Origin: Folioceros fuciformis
Lineage: Eukaryota
Assembly (NCBI GenBank): GCA_049999805.1
Contig: JBNGIO010005465.1
Span: 1 to 59,378, forward strand
Length of the DNA: 59,378 bases
Reading direction: 5' to 3'
The position numbers and the translations under genes were made by a program. The notes under the pieces are model-generated. The model ran no database searches. It saw nothing but the letters and a program-made list of their open reading frames with translations, and was not told the origin of the DNA. Below are positions 35,236 to 47,088 of the stretch, piece after piece. The first letter of the stretch is position 1, and every line of letters starts with the position of its first letter.

Positions 35236-36309
35236 GTTTTTCTATATCTCCAATTGTGCTCTTCGGCTCTCAATAGGGCCTCTACTTCGCAAGTTTCAGC
35301 CTAGAACGCCCGATCCAGTAGCCACCAAAAACACAGACCACAACACACAACAATCCTCCCTTATTAGCCAGTTCCTTCCTCCATCAATCTGTCCTAATAT
35401 TGTTCCTCCCTCTCTCAGCATCAACTACCCAATCCTCGCTCCCTCTTCCTACCATAGTCTAGCCTATACTTGCCCACCCTCATCTTTCCTATCCTACTCA
35501 ATCAACTTCACAACCTACTTCACATCATCCATCTTCGTTGTGAGCTACCGCTACTGCAGCCTCTCCTTTAACTTGCCCAGCCTAGACTACATGCTTGCCT
35601 TTAGCCTGTAGCTAGCATAACCTCGACCCACATATACCCTAAATTGGCATAACCCCCATGTCGCAACCTGCGCCTCCATCCACCAATGAGGCCCAACCGT
35701 AAACCCTAAACCAGCATGCCTTGGGTAGCTTTGAACGAGGAACATGGTCCTAAAAGAATGAGGATGGCACTGAAGTTTTAAACATGAACCCTAACCATAT
35801 TTCCTTCCGAATGCGCAAATGGTAGGTGTAGATTTTTATGGAGTTTAATCTTCGGCAACCAAACATTTGTATCCAAGCCCAAAGCGACAAACCCACTCTT
35901 TAGAGAAACTTTTCACTTTTCTGCTAGACCCCCTCTCTCCGGTTTGGTGTGTTATGCCATGCTTACTTTTACATGGAAATACATTTTAAATCTTTTCTTT
36001 TGAGAGATATTTTACTTTTCATTTAATTAGTCCGATGTTTTCCGATGTCTGCGGAATTCTATATGGAGTCTAGAAGTCATATATTTATTTAGCTAAATAT
36101 ACACGGTTACAATTTCTTCAAGCTCTTAAATAAATGTACATGGATTGCACTTTCTTGCGCAACCTGGCTTCAAATTCACTTGGACTATTTTCGAAGTGGC
36201 CACCGTCCACAACGTTACATCGTAGTTGTCTTGCGCGTAGTCTGGCGGCTTTATCCTGAATCCCAATCGACAAGTAAGAAACATACCGAAACAAACCATC
36301 AGATACATT

Positions 36310-39300
36310 TCAAGCAACTGATCGCAGATTATCTCGTACCAGATGTTGCTGCCAACCCCTGCGGAGCCAGCCTGCAGTACTTGCTTCATTGTCCACTTCC
36401 CCATCGAAATCTTCAAACGTGACAAGCCAGGGCAGGCCCGTGTTTCGCCGCATCCGATCAATGGAGGGCGGGTTTCCGATGCGTCTGTTTTGTTGAAGGA
36501 GCTCCATGGCTCCAGTCGAATTCAGATATAGACATGTAGCTGCAATTAAAGTCCATATCAGTTAATCATGTTCACACGGAAAGAACACTGGGTCATGTAC
36601 AGGGAACCTACCTTCGCATTTAGAGCGCTTCAACTTCCCGGCCACCTCGCTCACGGTCGAGGCTTTCCTCTTCTTGCTTGGCTCCAGTAGAATTGGAGCG
36701 GGAGTGCGGGCAAGTGCAACAGCCTCCATGGCCTTGATGGCGTTGTTCTTCCCCACATGCTTCCCGGGCTGAGTCAATTGGGGTTGGTGGGCTTCTCGTC
36801 GACCCGGGCGATCTTTAGGATTCGATAGATTAAATTGTGCTCTCTCTGCCTCACAAGCAACTGCTGCACTGTGATTGGGACTCAACACCCGAATCCGTAG
36901 AGTGGGACTATGTACACGAGACCCTGAACCACACATTCAAACGAGGTTCAACAAGGACTGCTGTACATACATTCAACAACATTTATAAAGAAAAACAGGT
37001 AATCGCAATTACCGTCTGCCTTCAACTGAACGCAAAGTGGATCCAATAGACTGTACTCGACCAAAGGCCTTCTCGACATAGGATCCTGCATTTTCCACTC
37101 TGGAGTTAAAGGCATGACCAAAGGAAACAGGGAACCCAGAATTGCAAATGCATGCCATAAAGTATGAGTCTGTTCAAACACATACAAGAACTTTAATGCT
37201 TCGTTGACTTCTCTGGAGCATTGATGATGGCAGTAATTTATCATCTCCATCATCCTCCGCAGGGAGTAGGACATCACCGTTTTTGGTCTGCACAAGAGAA
37301 CCAACTCTTTTTAGGGACCTGACGGATATACGTGAGACGGTACATAATATGCTTGAATGTTAACAAAGCTATACCTGCAAGTACACAGGACCTCTAATGT
37401 CGTACTTTGGAACAAACACCTCGAGCCCCCTGGGAAGTACTCGCAGAACCTGCAAGATGTGAATTGCGTTACTGGTGTTGTTGTCAAACATACCCAGAGA
37501 ACATCAGCGCGGTTAGAGAACTTACAACTGCATGCTCCGCCTTTGCATACTTCTGAAGATACATAAGTAGATAGAGCTCATTGCACTCCTTCTGAGCAAC
37601 CTTGCTTGCTCTATGCCGCTGGTTCAAATGGTTTACTGTCTGCAGGTTCAAGCGTTTGACAGAAGAATTAAACTTCACAAGAAAACATAAACCTCATACT
37701 CATGTGGATAAACCTCCAAAACTTGAAGTGTCCAAGAGTACCTCTTTCAGGTCATACGTCTGCGAGACACCAATAGACAAAGGTCTCTTCACTGCACCAT
37801 ACGAAATGTCTTCAACAGCCTCCAGCAGCATACGATGCACAAGCACATCAGCATAACGCCGAATGGGGGACGTAAAATGAGTGTAAAACCTGTCAACCGT
37901 AAAACAGTGTCAAAATGTGGATGATGAAACATGTGCCTCGTCAAGTAAAGATAAGATTGCTATTGCTCAAGTACGTCTGATGTGTCTTACTTTAACGCTA
38001 ATCCGTAATGGTAGAAACTACTTGACTCAGAGACACCTTCAGTTGCACAGTACTTGGCCTGAAAAGCTTACCCAGCGTCAGACAGAGAATTGCAGAGACA
38101 GGTAAAATTCATTGGTTTTCAAGTAGTTTAAGCATATGCCTGTGTACATGCCACTTACTTCTGACATAGCTCGAGTTACCAGAGCCCTGAATGCATGCTG
38201 CCAAATTCATTATCCAACACCGAACAAGCCTATTAGTCCCATGTACAGAACTCAGAGGAGAAGCGAAGGAAGTTAAGTGATGCAGTGACACAAGTCCAAT
38301 AAGAATTAGCACCCTCGTTGTCATACCTCAATGACAGGATCACTGCTTTCTCGCATGCTGTCCAGGGAAACTGCCAGCGACTGCAAGTTGACAGCTTGGT
38401 GAGAAAATAGCTCTTTGAAACAAAACAACTGCAAACACTTAGAAACAATTTGCGTGCCTCTACCTTATTACTGGAGGCATCGAGTGTAAATCCTCTGGCT
38501 GCACAGCACTGTGGTTTGCTGAGCTGTTAGTGCACTGCTGGAAAACAGACAAAGTAACACCACCTTGCAAAGCTCAGCAAACAATGGCCCCGCGCGTACC
38601 TCAACTAGTAATGTGAAGCTGTCTAATTTTGGAGGAGCATGTTGCCGTAAAAGGGATGACGTAGGGAATGACCTAAAAGCTCAAGTATTCAAGAGAAAGG
38701 CCAACAATGGCAAAATGTAACAAGGAAATGGCTGAAGTAACAACTCACAAGCCAACACAGGATAACTTACTGATAAATGCGCTCAGCCACACACGCATTG
38801 GCCAATATCATCAGCTCTGCTACAATTGAATTCATCTGCAGGAGTGAAAGTGTGTGAGATGAGAATCAAAGAAAAAGATGAACCAAAAAAATTCAGCAAT
38901 GACTGGGATAAATATGACATTTTCGTACAGGTAGCTCAAGTTTTGCCTCGACATTCACAGGGTTGGTTACTTCATCCATATCAAACTTCAACTCAGCATT
39001 TGAGAGTTCTACCGCTCCGTCTGCCTTGCGAAGTGCTCGTCTTGTCTGCAGTTGAAGTCAAACAGCATAGGCATTCAGCCACAAGTCCACTGCAGTAGAT
39101 ACACAAGGCGGGAAACAAAAAAAGCTTTCATAGAGGCAAAACCCGAGACCACCAGTAAGTGGGAAATTACAAAATAAATCTACCCCACAACAGTTCACTC
39201 ACCTCAGCGAGCTTGGCAACCACTGCCAGTTCTATCTGCATTTGCCTCACTTCATCCATTCCACCACTTACTTCCAAACCAACAGGAAGTGGTTGGCCAT

Positions 39301-42300
39301 CCAAAATAAATTGAGCCTGAGCGTAGGACATCTGCCCAATGTACAACAAAATATGTGAGGTGATCATTTGTGTACCAGCTACGAAAGTTCCAAGTTTGCC
39401 TCGTTGCTTATCTAGTACCTGATGCTGAGACTTGATAATAGTTCTCCCGAACCATACATCCACTATCTCAAAATCGTTGTCAGGGTTGACTGTCCAAATG
39501 ACACTGACAGCCAGTCGTTCTTTTCCTCCCAGCAGTGAACATATGTCCTCACTGATGGATTCAGAAGACAACAGCAAGTATTCAGTTTGAGAAACACATT
39601 AAACCAACACACATGGAAAATGTGCATTTGCGAACAACAACTAACGATATGAGGAGCTAGGTCATGAAGCCCTTTACCTCAAAAGGCGTGGGAGCATTGG
39701 CCAATTCCTGCCAACCATATACACAGTCGTTCCGCGGTCACGAGCTTCCATATCTAGTAGGCCTCCTTGCTTCACAAAGTATGACACGTCCGCAATGTGA
39801 ACCCCAACCTGTAAAAAACGGCAAGGGATGACCCCAATGTTCTGGACTCTGCTACTTGCTACCAATGCGTTCATACTTGACAACAAACAAAGAACACCTC
39901 GAGTAGACCATTTTGAAGATGCCGGACTGAAAGTGCATCATCCACATCTTTGCTACCAGGAGGATCAACGCTGCCATTCACAAAATATTGAATATTGCCC
40001 CAAAGTTATGTACATCACAATACTCAGCCAGCCTGAAATAACAGGCCAACAACTGGAGAAGTCGGCATACTATACCTGAATGTCTTGTGCACAGCGCGGA
40101 GATCCCGGCGGAGAGAAAATTCTTCATCTGGAATTGTCCATGATCCATCTTCGGAGCTCTGAGGCAATTCCTGAAGAGCCCTGTCATCGATTGTCCACAT
40201 TCTGCATCAGAACCTCATTTCATCTAAGGCCTACTGGCCAGTACCTCGAATTGATGTCCAGTTGGCTACAGGATAACTCACAAACTGTTGAAAGCTGAAA
40301 TGTTGATCTCATTCTCCACCAGTATGGCAATAGTTTCTGTGTTGAGATCACCAATAGGCCCTAAAACACGGACCAGATGTCCTTCTGGGTGTTTCGAGTT
40401 GCTCTCCCAACCTGTTATACGTACTACAAACCTCTGCCCCACAAGGCGCAAACCTTGCCGGGTTGTGATACGAACCTAGAAGAGCACATTAAGATAAATT
40501 GTTTGCTTTTGAGAACAGGAAAACATATTCAAGCACAGTTTGAGGAAGAAAACAAACCATGGGAATACGCCTGTCTCTTGGGAAGCATAGCAGCTGCCAC
40601 AGCCTGCATGCAATCCATGTACATTGGGAAACTCAAGGCTGTAGATTCTGCAAGTGCAAGTGCAAGCTCATATGCTGTAGGAACAAATGGAAACAAAGAA
40701 ACCGGGTAACAAAAGGATAAAACTTACATGTCAGACCTTGACTGCAGAATCTCGCTCTCAGCCTCTTCTGTAAGGCAAGCAACATAATCCCTTTGTTTTC
40801 TTTGCAAGATACCCACTACTTTGCCTGTCGGAACATTCTGCTCCACAGCAGATGTAAGATCTGCAACACTTTCTTCGATTGACTTCAGACTGCCATCTTC
40901 ACGCAATTCATCATCCTCCAGTCTCGGAGACTCTGGGTCACTGGATTTCAGCGTTAGTTGACGCAGGCCTTGGTTTGGAGCTCTCCACTCTGACTGAGAT
41001 AGTAGATGCACCTATTCCCGAATATAAATGACTATCAGACACTGAAGTGAAGTATAATAAGTTAGTAAGTCCTGTCTGATAAAGCAACTTACCACTACAG
41101 TATCTCCGGGTAATGCCCTATTCTGGAGTGATGATCCTGGAATCAAAATTTGCAGCTGTGATGCTTCGTTCTTGTTGCTGATTGAATTGAAGCAGCACCC
41201 ACAAAGATGTCAATTCTAGCTATCAGGCACATGAATACTATACGACTTCTAAACACAATACGTATCAAGTCCTGTTAATCCTATTACTTGTGGGCAAGAT
41301 CAACCATGCTGACTGGTATCAATGATTACCTGGGTCGTACAAAACCCTCAGCCGGATCATGTTTGCTTACATGGAAAACACCTACTCGAAGCGTTCCATC
41401 CAGAAGCCCTTCTTCAATCATGTGGGCTGCAAGCAGAGTCAAAGAGCATGTCAATGGAAGGCCCCCGACCCCACTTTCAGGTAGTCCGAGGGCGTAACAG
41501 GCTCAGAGTGTAAATGTGGATTAAATGCAAATTTACAGAAGGTGCTTAAGCCTTTGACCTGAAAAATGCTCTTGATAAACAGAAGCACTTTTTCGATCAA
41601 CTCGTGAGCTGATCTGTGAAGCGGAGATACCGTCCAAAGTCTTTCCGATCGGATCCGCTCGCAATTCTAACTGGCGAGATAAGCACCCAATCAACCTCTT
41701 TAAGATAAAAAGGGAATCAGCCACTACCGAATCGAGGCGTCACAACGTACCAAGGAATTACACAATTCCATCACTGCTCCATCATGAGTCCAGAATCTCT
41801 GAAAGTAGTCCTTGGTATGCAAAACCTGCCAAACGGGCAGCTTAGATCTCCAAGACAGAAGTCACGGACAGAGAGGAAAGCCTCAGAACACAGAGAGGTC
41901 AGCTCATATTGCAAGTGCAAAGACAACCTTAATGGCTTGATCTTTTTCATCTCCTTCAGGTTCAAAGTCAAATGCCAGTGTGCGATTGAATTGCTCCAGC
42001 AAATCAACTTCTTCATCTTCATCATCGTCATCATCAAACGAGAATAGGTCCCTTTCTTTGCCAATCCACACAACGACATGCTTGTGTTTTCCAATATGCT
42101 CTGAGTACCAGGTTGCAAAACCTTTGGTACCTGGATGCCAACCCAGAGCCAAAAACTCATAAGACCAGTTAGAAACAATGGGAGTGGACAGAATGCTTCA
42201 CATCAATTAGTCACCTTTAGGATTTGACGGTATGGTTTCCGATGTATAGAGAAAATGTTCATTGTCGAAAAAGAGACAACCTCTCCGAGGGTCTGCCCAT

Positions 42301-43129
42301 AGTGACCTGCGTACATTCGTCCACTCCTTGTTAGACATCACAATCCACCAGAGGATTGATGAGACGTAAAAACAGCGAACAAAAAAACAAACCCCAATCA
42401 CGAGGGCGCACCTCAATCTCCTGTATCTCTGCTTCGACCGAGCCATAACCTGGACAGAGAATTGGCAAGTTAGCCTGTAGCAAGACACCAACATCAATAA
42501 TTGGACAGCAATGCCAAAGCCAGGACAGTCAAAATAGGACCTGCTTCAAAACAGATGCAAGATAGATGACACCGGTAAATTGCGGCAGCTCAAAGATCTC
42601 AAGAAACTCAAGAACGGCATCTGCATCCGGCACCTGCATCAGAACAGAAAAAAGGCTCAGGTGGACCGCAATTCCGATCCGGCGCAACGCACGACCACCA
42701 AGGCAAGAGCAAGGGGCATGTACCACATAATGTGAAGCGTTTGCTGGGAGTGGAGGCATTTCCTGCTGACAAAACTCACATTTCGCATAGCCACAGGGAA
42801 TATCATCCCGCAAGTAGGCCTCTTCGGTTTGAATCCTGACAGTTCTGGTTCTTCCCATATACTTGCACTTCCTTTGAACCTGTTCCCAATCACGAGGTCC
42901 ATTGCTCAGAAAACAAGCTCGACAAACATCCAATTACACAGCGGCGTAAGGACCTCCCAGCAGGATCGCATTCAGCAATTCCGTTAGCTTCGGGACCAAC
43001 AACAAAGCAGTCAGAGCCATTTCAACGCAGCTGGGAAAGCGAAAACCAGAGGGTTGAGAGTGCACGTCTCACCCCTCGTGCTACCCAGGTGCTGGCCATA
43101 TTGCAGTCCCTTGTTCCCAAACTTCCCAT
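36310..43129 (-). CDS. DIS3-like exonuclease 1-type RNase II/RNB protein (degenerate PIN, cold-shock, RNB, S1), many short exons; terminal exons inferred
   Basis: [151 protein letters not shown]; start proposed at ATG 43129 (or 43099) with intron 43072-42880; stop 36310 if the last intron is spliced. Confidence 0.88.
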
Positions 43130-43796
43130 ACTATAACTTGCAGCAGATATCTTGATGCTTGTACGTATGCTTCGACTGTGGCACGCCCTCCTTCTTCTTA
43201 TTTACCCTGCAATGTCCCAGACCTGCTAATCTGGCCTTCGAAATCTACCACGGCAAACGAAGACAGTGCCATATTCACAGTGCCTTCCCTGCTCCTGCGT
43301 TTGTCCTGTGTTCCCGACGGCAGGCCTTCGCCACCGTCGAATCGCCTCCCCGACTCAATGGTTTAAAATTAACATATGAACTTCAAAGCAAAATATAAGT
43401 TAAGAGGTAATGGTAATGAAATGAAACTTTGCTTAGTAGGTAAGCAAAGTTGGGAAAGGTTTTTGGAAACGAGGTGCCCAAAGTCTGTGAGAGCCTGAAG
43501 CAGGCATGTCCGTCTTCTTCCCGCCGCTTGTCCTGATCACAGCTAACAAAATGGCTCTGACCGTGTACAACTTCCCCACAAGGCAAGCGAGAGGACTGGC
43601 CTAGGAGGGCCGATCCTTTCCCTGCCATGCCGCTGTGAGCAAGTCGCAAGCGGATTTAGGGAGCCTTCTCCCCGTCCATGAGAAATCCGGAACTTCGTGA
43701 GCTGTGTGATGCCAAATTCATGAAACGCATGCACCTAAAGCGTGAGCTTGAAAGTGTGGATGTGTAGAGGGCAGGCCTGGACATGCGATAAATCAG

Positions 43797-44597
43797 ATGC
43801 CTGCACCCGCGGGCTCGCTTGCGTGGGGGGCGAGGATGCTGCGGTTTCCGGGCCCGTCGCGGATCCAGTGGGGTTCACTCTCACAACCCGGGGCTCCGCT
43901 TCCGGTGCGGCTGCGGACGGCCAGGAGATGGTCGGGCCAAGCGGTGACTCGAGCCTCCGGCGCCCAGGTGCCGTGGCTGATTGTGGGGCTGGGTAATCCG
44001 GGGTCCAAGTATGCGGGCACCCGGCACAACGTGGGGTTCGACATGGTGGACGCCATCGCTGCGGCTGAGGGCATCAAGATGTCGGTGGTGCAGCACAAGT
44101 CGGTGGTGGGGAAGGGCAGCATCTCGGGGACCCCGGTGCTGCTGGCCAAGCCTCAGACGTACGTGAACGCGAGCGGGGAGGCGGTGGGGCCGATGGCGGC
44201 GTACTACAGGATCCCGGTGGAGCGGGTGCTGGTGATCGTGGATTGTTTGGACTTGGATTTCGCGGTGATGCGGCTTCTGCCGCGGGGGGGCCATGGCGGG
44301 CACAACGGGGTGAAGTCGGTGGTGAAGAGCTTCAAGGGGAGCACGGATTTCCCACGCCTCCGGCTGGGGATCGGGAGGCCGCCGGCCTCCATGCACGTGA
44401 ACGTGTTCGTGCTACAACGCTTCAGCCCGGAGGAGCGGGCGGCTCTGGAGTTTTCTTTCCAGAAGGGGGTGGAGGCAGTGAGGATGGTGGCCAGTCAGGG
44501 GATCGAGCACGCGGTTAGCACGTGGAACGAGAACCGGAGGGCCAGGACTCCGCAGTCTGTGCTGGAACAGGACGCCCGGTTTGAAGGAGGCCGGTGA
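43797..44597 (+). CDS. Organellar (probably plastid) peptidyl-tRNA hydrolase, Pth/CRS2 family, intronless
   Basis: Arg/Ser-rich transit-like N-terminus; WLIVGLGNPGSKYAGTRHNVGF; LAKPQTYVNASG; GGHGGHNG; FPRLRLGIGRPP. Confidence 0.92.
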   Translation: MPAPAGSLAWGARMLRFPGPSRIQWGSLSQPGAPLPVRLRTARRWSGQAVTRASGAQVPWLIVGLGNPGSKYAGTRHNVGFDMVDAIAAAEGIKMSVVQHKSVVGKGSISGTPVLLAKPQTYVNASGEAVGPMAAYYRIPVERVLVIVDCLDLDFAVMRLLPRGGHGGHNGVKSVVKSFKGSTDFPRLRLGIGRPPASMHVNVFVLQRFSPEERAALEFSFQKGVEAVRMVASQGIEHAVSTWNENRRARTPQSVLEQDARFEGGR

Positions 44598-45514
44598 CAG
44601 GTGCGGGCTCGCTTTGCTTGTCCCAGGCTCGTTCTCGGTGCTCCTTTCCTCACGGTATCGAATGTTTGACAAGGTCTGGACGGTTGCAAGCTCCCAGCCG
44701 CTGCTCAAAGGCAGTCATGCTTGCGCTGCTGCTTCTTTGCCTGCCCTACTCCCCTGAATATCCTGCCGAGTCTGCCGCTTTCTCCATGCGCTGCAGCACA
44801 GCTGTGTCCCATGAGCTACTGCCCGCCACCTCACTGCAACTTCTGGATGTGAGGCTGTCATTCCGTACACTGGTAGCTTGGAGCTGGCATACAACGCGTA
44901 AGTTGCTGCATTGTGGCTCCTTCCTCCGCAGGAATGTAGAATTCTTTTCATCTTCCCTCGCACAGCTGGTCATGCCATGAGTCCTGCTCTTCCAGCTTCC
45001 CAGGTTTGGAGCCGTTTTGGAAGTCTCCAATTCTCCGGCTCTGCCAGGGTCCTGGTAGTGAAACTGTAGTCTGGTACCGACTTTTTCATGGCCTCCCGTG
45101 CAGTGCAGTGCACACAGCAGCTGCCCGCAAGGCTGGAGGAGAGCCTCTCTAACTTGGACGTAGAGACGCCGTGTCTTTGAGCGACGGACGGCACTTACTT
45201 CTGCATCTCTTTCCAGACAGTTGTTCACCTAAACATCACATCAAAGAATCTGGAATCACTTTATACTTCCAGAATCTGATCTCGAGGAAAACCTAGCATT
45301 CGAATTATCTGCGCATGGTTACTTATTTGTTCTTCATATATCTATATACAAGTACTTTGTTTTTTCTTCATACACAAAATCGGAACACCTTCCTTAACCA
45401 ATCCAGCATCTCTACAACTTTTGTTCCACTTTCCAACTTTCCAAAACCAGGAGATCTATGTATCTTAAATCTTCTGTTGTCAAATATTTCATTATATTAA
45501 TTTTTATAATTCAC

Positions 45515-46009
45515 ATGGGTACTACAAGCAACTCACAACCTCTCCCTCCTCCTAACATTGTTGGGCTTCATTATGAGTGTGGCCAACTTATTGCTGCCAA
45601 TGATCCAGCTCTTTTGTTTATCAAGCGTGCATTAGATATGTATTTCGACGACGAATCTGATAGAATTGAATTGGCGATTTCGTCTCCTAAGTATGTTGTA
45701 CTCAAGCTGCAAATTTATGGGTGGCAAATTTTCCGAATGTTGATAAGTGTTGCATGTTATGGAGAAAGAGAGACAATGCAAACTGACCTTCAATGTCGGG
45801 AGTGTCTAGATTTTTTGAAGAATGAACTTCTAAACACATTGTGTCCATCACATAGAAGTGCATATAGATTAGCAGTAGATTGTTTCTTTGGGTACACAAT
45901 AGATAATCCCACATTTTGTCGACCTTTACCTCCAGATCCTCTTCGAAAATTTGACAAAACTAATTCTTGTCCGAAACCTCCCTATCCTGTAATTGAATTA
46001 GGTAAATAA
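45515..46009 (+). CDS. Orphan hypothetical protein (164 aa from ATG 45515) in an AT-rich island
   Basis: Stop-free for 165 codons in AT-rich DNA, A/T-ending codons, helical Cys-containing sequence; no family recognised. Confidence 0.5.
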   Translation: MGTTSNSQPLPPPNIVGLHYECGQLIAANDPALLFIKRALDMYFDDESDRIELAISSPKYVVLKLQIYGWQIFRMLISVACYGERETMQTDLQCRECLDFLKNELLNTLCPSHRSAYRLAVDCFFGYTIDNPTFCRPLPPDPLRKFDKTNSCPKPPYPVIELGK

Positions 46010-47088
46010 TATGATATTCATTGTATAAGATAATAATAATAATTAAAATTATAAATTAAATAGTTTTTAAAAATATATTTTTGAGGACAGTTTTAACAAG
46101 ATGCATGGCTAATTTTGTTCATATGATCTCATACAAGTCTTTTGATTTGGGAAGATTTATATACTGAGAAGAGCGTTAGCTTTAATGCGAGAACAGCCTC
46201 CTTCCAGAAAATGTCAAAGCTACTAACATTCCTCTCTTCTGCTCTGGACTGGCCGGGCCCATAGGCTGCGATTTTTGTCTAGAATGATTCCTTCCCACTC
46301 GAAGTACAAAAGTACTCGGAGATTCCCGGACATGACCGTGGATCTCTTAGCTGGATCCCCCATTTGGTCTAGACGTCAGGGATTGTTTCAGGTTTCACGA
46401 CAGTGATGGAAGCTTTTATCTCTGTATATGGAGTATTCCGTCGGCGACAGCTCTCAACTGCCTGGCCATGACGGCTGCAGTTTTGCATGCCCGAGGTGAA
46501 CGGGAGGCAGAGAAAGAACGCGGAGCAGGATGTGGGGGCTTCTCTTTGTGATCTCGGATGAAACCTCGGACGAAGTTTTGGTGGCTGTGGTTGCTGACTG
46601 GTGAAGATAAGATATACGTAAATTGATTCGGGACTGTCACTAACGACAGACACGGTGGGCAGGCGGATGACGACAGGTGAGGTGATGTTGGACTGGCAGC
46701 GGTGCTGCAAATGGGAGAAGTACGTCTGTGTTTCAGGATGTCGTACAGCCTTGACTGCCTTGCGACACGGAGTAGATGAGAATCCCGATTTCAACCAGGA
46801 TGTAGAAGGTCGGCTAGCATCATGCGACGACGCACTGGAAGTGTGGGAAGGAATCACGGTCCATAGCTTTCAGCTGTGGTGAAGGTTTAAGTCAGTTGTC
46901 GGCGTACGGTACTGGATCAGCATATGCTGCATCCGGGATCTTTTGAGGGATACAGCACACCGGTATCCTGAACTCGGGGCTCTCGGGAGTGACCGAGGAA
47001 TGTAGAGGCTAGGGATGGACCCCGGAAGCCTGGAGTGGAGGATGCCTGTCCCAGACTGAGGAGTGCGGAGAAGGTGAGAAGGGAGAGG

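Noticed and set aside
46655-46882. Candidate uORF or upstream exon of the GRAS gene
   Set aside because: No recognisable homology and no convincing splice path into the GRAS frame
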